In this document: piece by piece, positions 62,653 through 64,000 of the stretch
Layout of the letters: each line of letters starts with the position of its first letter
Numbering within the stretch: the first letter of the stretch is position 1
From: a virus
Lineage: Duplodnaviria > Caudoviricetes
Strand: one strand, 5' to 3'
IMG/VR virus record: IMGVR_UViG_3300021426_000001
Length of the DNA: 64,000 nt
Position numbers and translations under genes: made by a program
Notes under the pieces: model-generated
What the model saw: the letters and a program-made list of their open reading frames with translations, nothing else
The model's database searches: none
Told to the model about the DNA's origin: nothing

Positions 62653-63243
62653 TTACATGTGCCAAGAACTGTCTCTGTCCATCTTCTTTGTAACTTCATC
62701 GTTCAACAGCCCGTCGTCTCTAGGGAAGTTGTCCAGAATGGTTGGATATGTCTGACCAGACACCTCTAAGTCGTTGTGTATCAATGCGTTGAGGAAGTAG
62801 TCTTTGACTTTTCCACCCTCTTCGTCAAGAAGCTTTCTCTTGTAGTATGGATAGAAGAAGTAGAACGACGGACTCACTATGTCCAGGATTCCGTCTATGC
62901 ATCTCTGCATGATCGTCTGATCGCTCATCACAGAGTGATTCGGCTGCTTCCTGAAGATGCTAGAGTACATCATGTCAAGCTCTTCGCGTACACGAGTCTC
63001 GTTCGACTCGTACATAGCTATGCGGTCCATGTACTTCAGGTTGTTGTTGATCGTTGTGGCTTCGAGACGGAGCATCGTATTGTACTTTCTCTTGTTCGGG
63101 TCTTTGCGCCATACGAGCATCGAGAAAGTGTCGTTCGTGTCAGCGATGTCTAGGTCAGGGTGCAGCTCTCTCTGCTCCCTTATGATCTTGTACTGCTTCA
63201 TAGCTAGCACGCGCTTGAACTTGTCTATCTCTACTTCGAACAA
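62653..63243 (-). CDS. Hypothetical protein
   Basis: 196 aa, GAGG RBS, TTG start. Confidence 0.65.
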   Translation of the reverse strand: MFEVEIDKFKRVLAMKQYKIIREQRELHPDLDIADTNDTFSMLVWRKDPNKRKYNTMLRLEATTINNNLKYMDRIAMYESNETRVREELDMMYSSIFRKQPNHSVMSDQTIMQRCIDGILDIVSPSFYFFYPYYKRKLLDEEGGKVKDYFLNALIHNDLEVSGQTYPTILDNFPRDDGLLNDEVTKKMDRDSSWHM

Positions 63244-63977
63244 TCTAGACCTCTCAGTATGTTCTGAATTATCGCCTCTTGATTATTTAGAGATTCTTTG
63301 ACTTGAGCCAGAATAGCGTCGTCGTGCTGCTTCATCTCGGCAGTCGGATGCGCCTGTCTGATCTTGCTAGCGAGACTCTTCGTGAAGCCAGGCAGATTCA
63401 CTATTGCGTTCTCTATCGCCTTCGGATCGTAGAATCCAAGCGAGTAGTCGCCCATCATGCACATCATCTCGCTTCTTCCGACAGTGATTCTAGTGAGATC
63501 AGAGTCTCTGACTACGAACTCTATGAACTGAAGAGATCCAGTCGTGTAGAGGTGCTCGAAGTCGATCAACTCAGAGCCGAGCGCCTGGAAGAGTCGGTTC
63601 AGCATCTCGATGTCCATCCAAGAAGTCTTCTCGTTCTTCTCTTCAAAGGTGAGACAGCGTGAAGTCATCTTCCACAGCTCTTCGGCTACATGCTTTCCGT
63701 CACTGCTGTGAAGTACGTCCTTGAGACAAGTTAGAATGTCTCCGAGCCAGTTGTTCTCTAGCTTGAGCCCGAAATTGCCCTCAAGAGCTGGATATGCGCT
63801 AAAGTCGTCTGGATGCGCATGAATCCAGCACATCTTCATGTTGTCTATGTCTTCATCGTTTGCGACTCTGTTCAGTATCTGCAAGGAGCCGTTGACCTTG
63901 TCGCGGAAGTCGTGCTCAATCTTCGCTTTGCGCATTCTCACGACTCTGAAGGCTTTCAAAATTGCGTCATCGAACAT
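63231..63977 (-). CDS. Hypothetical protein
   Basis: 248 aa. Confidence 0.65.
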   Translation of the reverse strand: MFDDAILKAFRVVRMRKAKIEHDFRDKVNGSLQILNRVANDEDIDNMKMCWIHAHPDDFSAYPALEGNFGLKLENNWLGDILTCLKDVLHSSDGKHVAEELWKMTSRCLTFEEKNEKTSWMDIEMLNRLFQALGSELIDFEHLYTTGSLQFIEFVVRDSDLTRITVGRSEMMCMMGDYSLGFYDPKAIENAIVNLPGFTKSLASKIRQAHPTAEMKQHDDAILAQVKESLNNQEAIIQNILRGLDCSK

Positions 63978-64000
63978 AGCTAATCCCTGTAAGTCTTGTT

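Noticed and set aside
1-64000. tRNA, rRNA, CRISPR arrays, integrase or transposase
   Set aside because: No cloverleaf, repeat-spacer array or recombinase motif recognised; intergenic gaps are short and mostly explained by promoters and terminators (tRNAscan not run)

Overview
This 64-kb window comes from a large, divergent T4-like (myovirus-type) dsDNA phage read in the standard genetic code. Virion and packaging genes include a gp6-like baseplate wedge, gp23 major capsid, gp22 scaffold, gp20 portal, gp4, gp2, gp16-like small terminase and terminase ATPase genes. Replication and transcription genes include gp61, gp41, gp32, UvsX, gp44/62/45, gp55- and gp33-like factors, a two-subunit type IIA topoisomerase and a shortened NAD-dependent ligase. 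It also carries a class III RNR with a CxxC redoxin and a ferredoxin:thioredoxin-reductase-like protein, host-like IF-1, GroES and SpoVG, three glycosyltransferases, a MoxR-vWA pair and many hypothetical genes. Two promoter classes can be read from the sequence: 15 copies of an early sigma70-like promoter (TTTACA/TTTAGA/TTTACG-N17-TATATT) and T4-type late promoters (T/G)ATAAATA, several placed to give leaderless mRNAs. The main findings are: (1) two 3'-UTR stem-loops whose large C/U-rich loops are antisense to other phage genes' ribosome-binding regions, one to the early-leader consensus and one to the major capsid RBS, suggesting an RNA-based translational timing system; (2) a terminase N-half ending in a 32-aa atypical split-intein fragment, plus a second terminase ATPase paralog with degenerate catalytic motifs; (3) an array of highly diverged paralogous helical proteins; (4) a structured nrdD leader. 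All calls are from motif recognition by eye; no searches were run.
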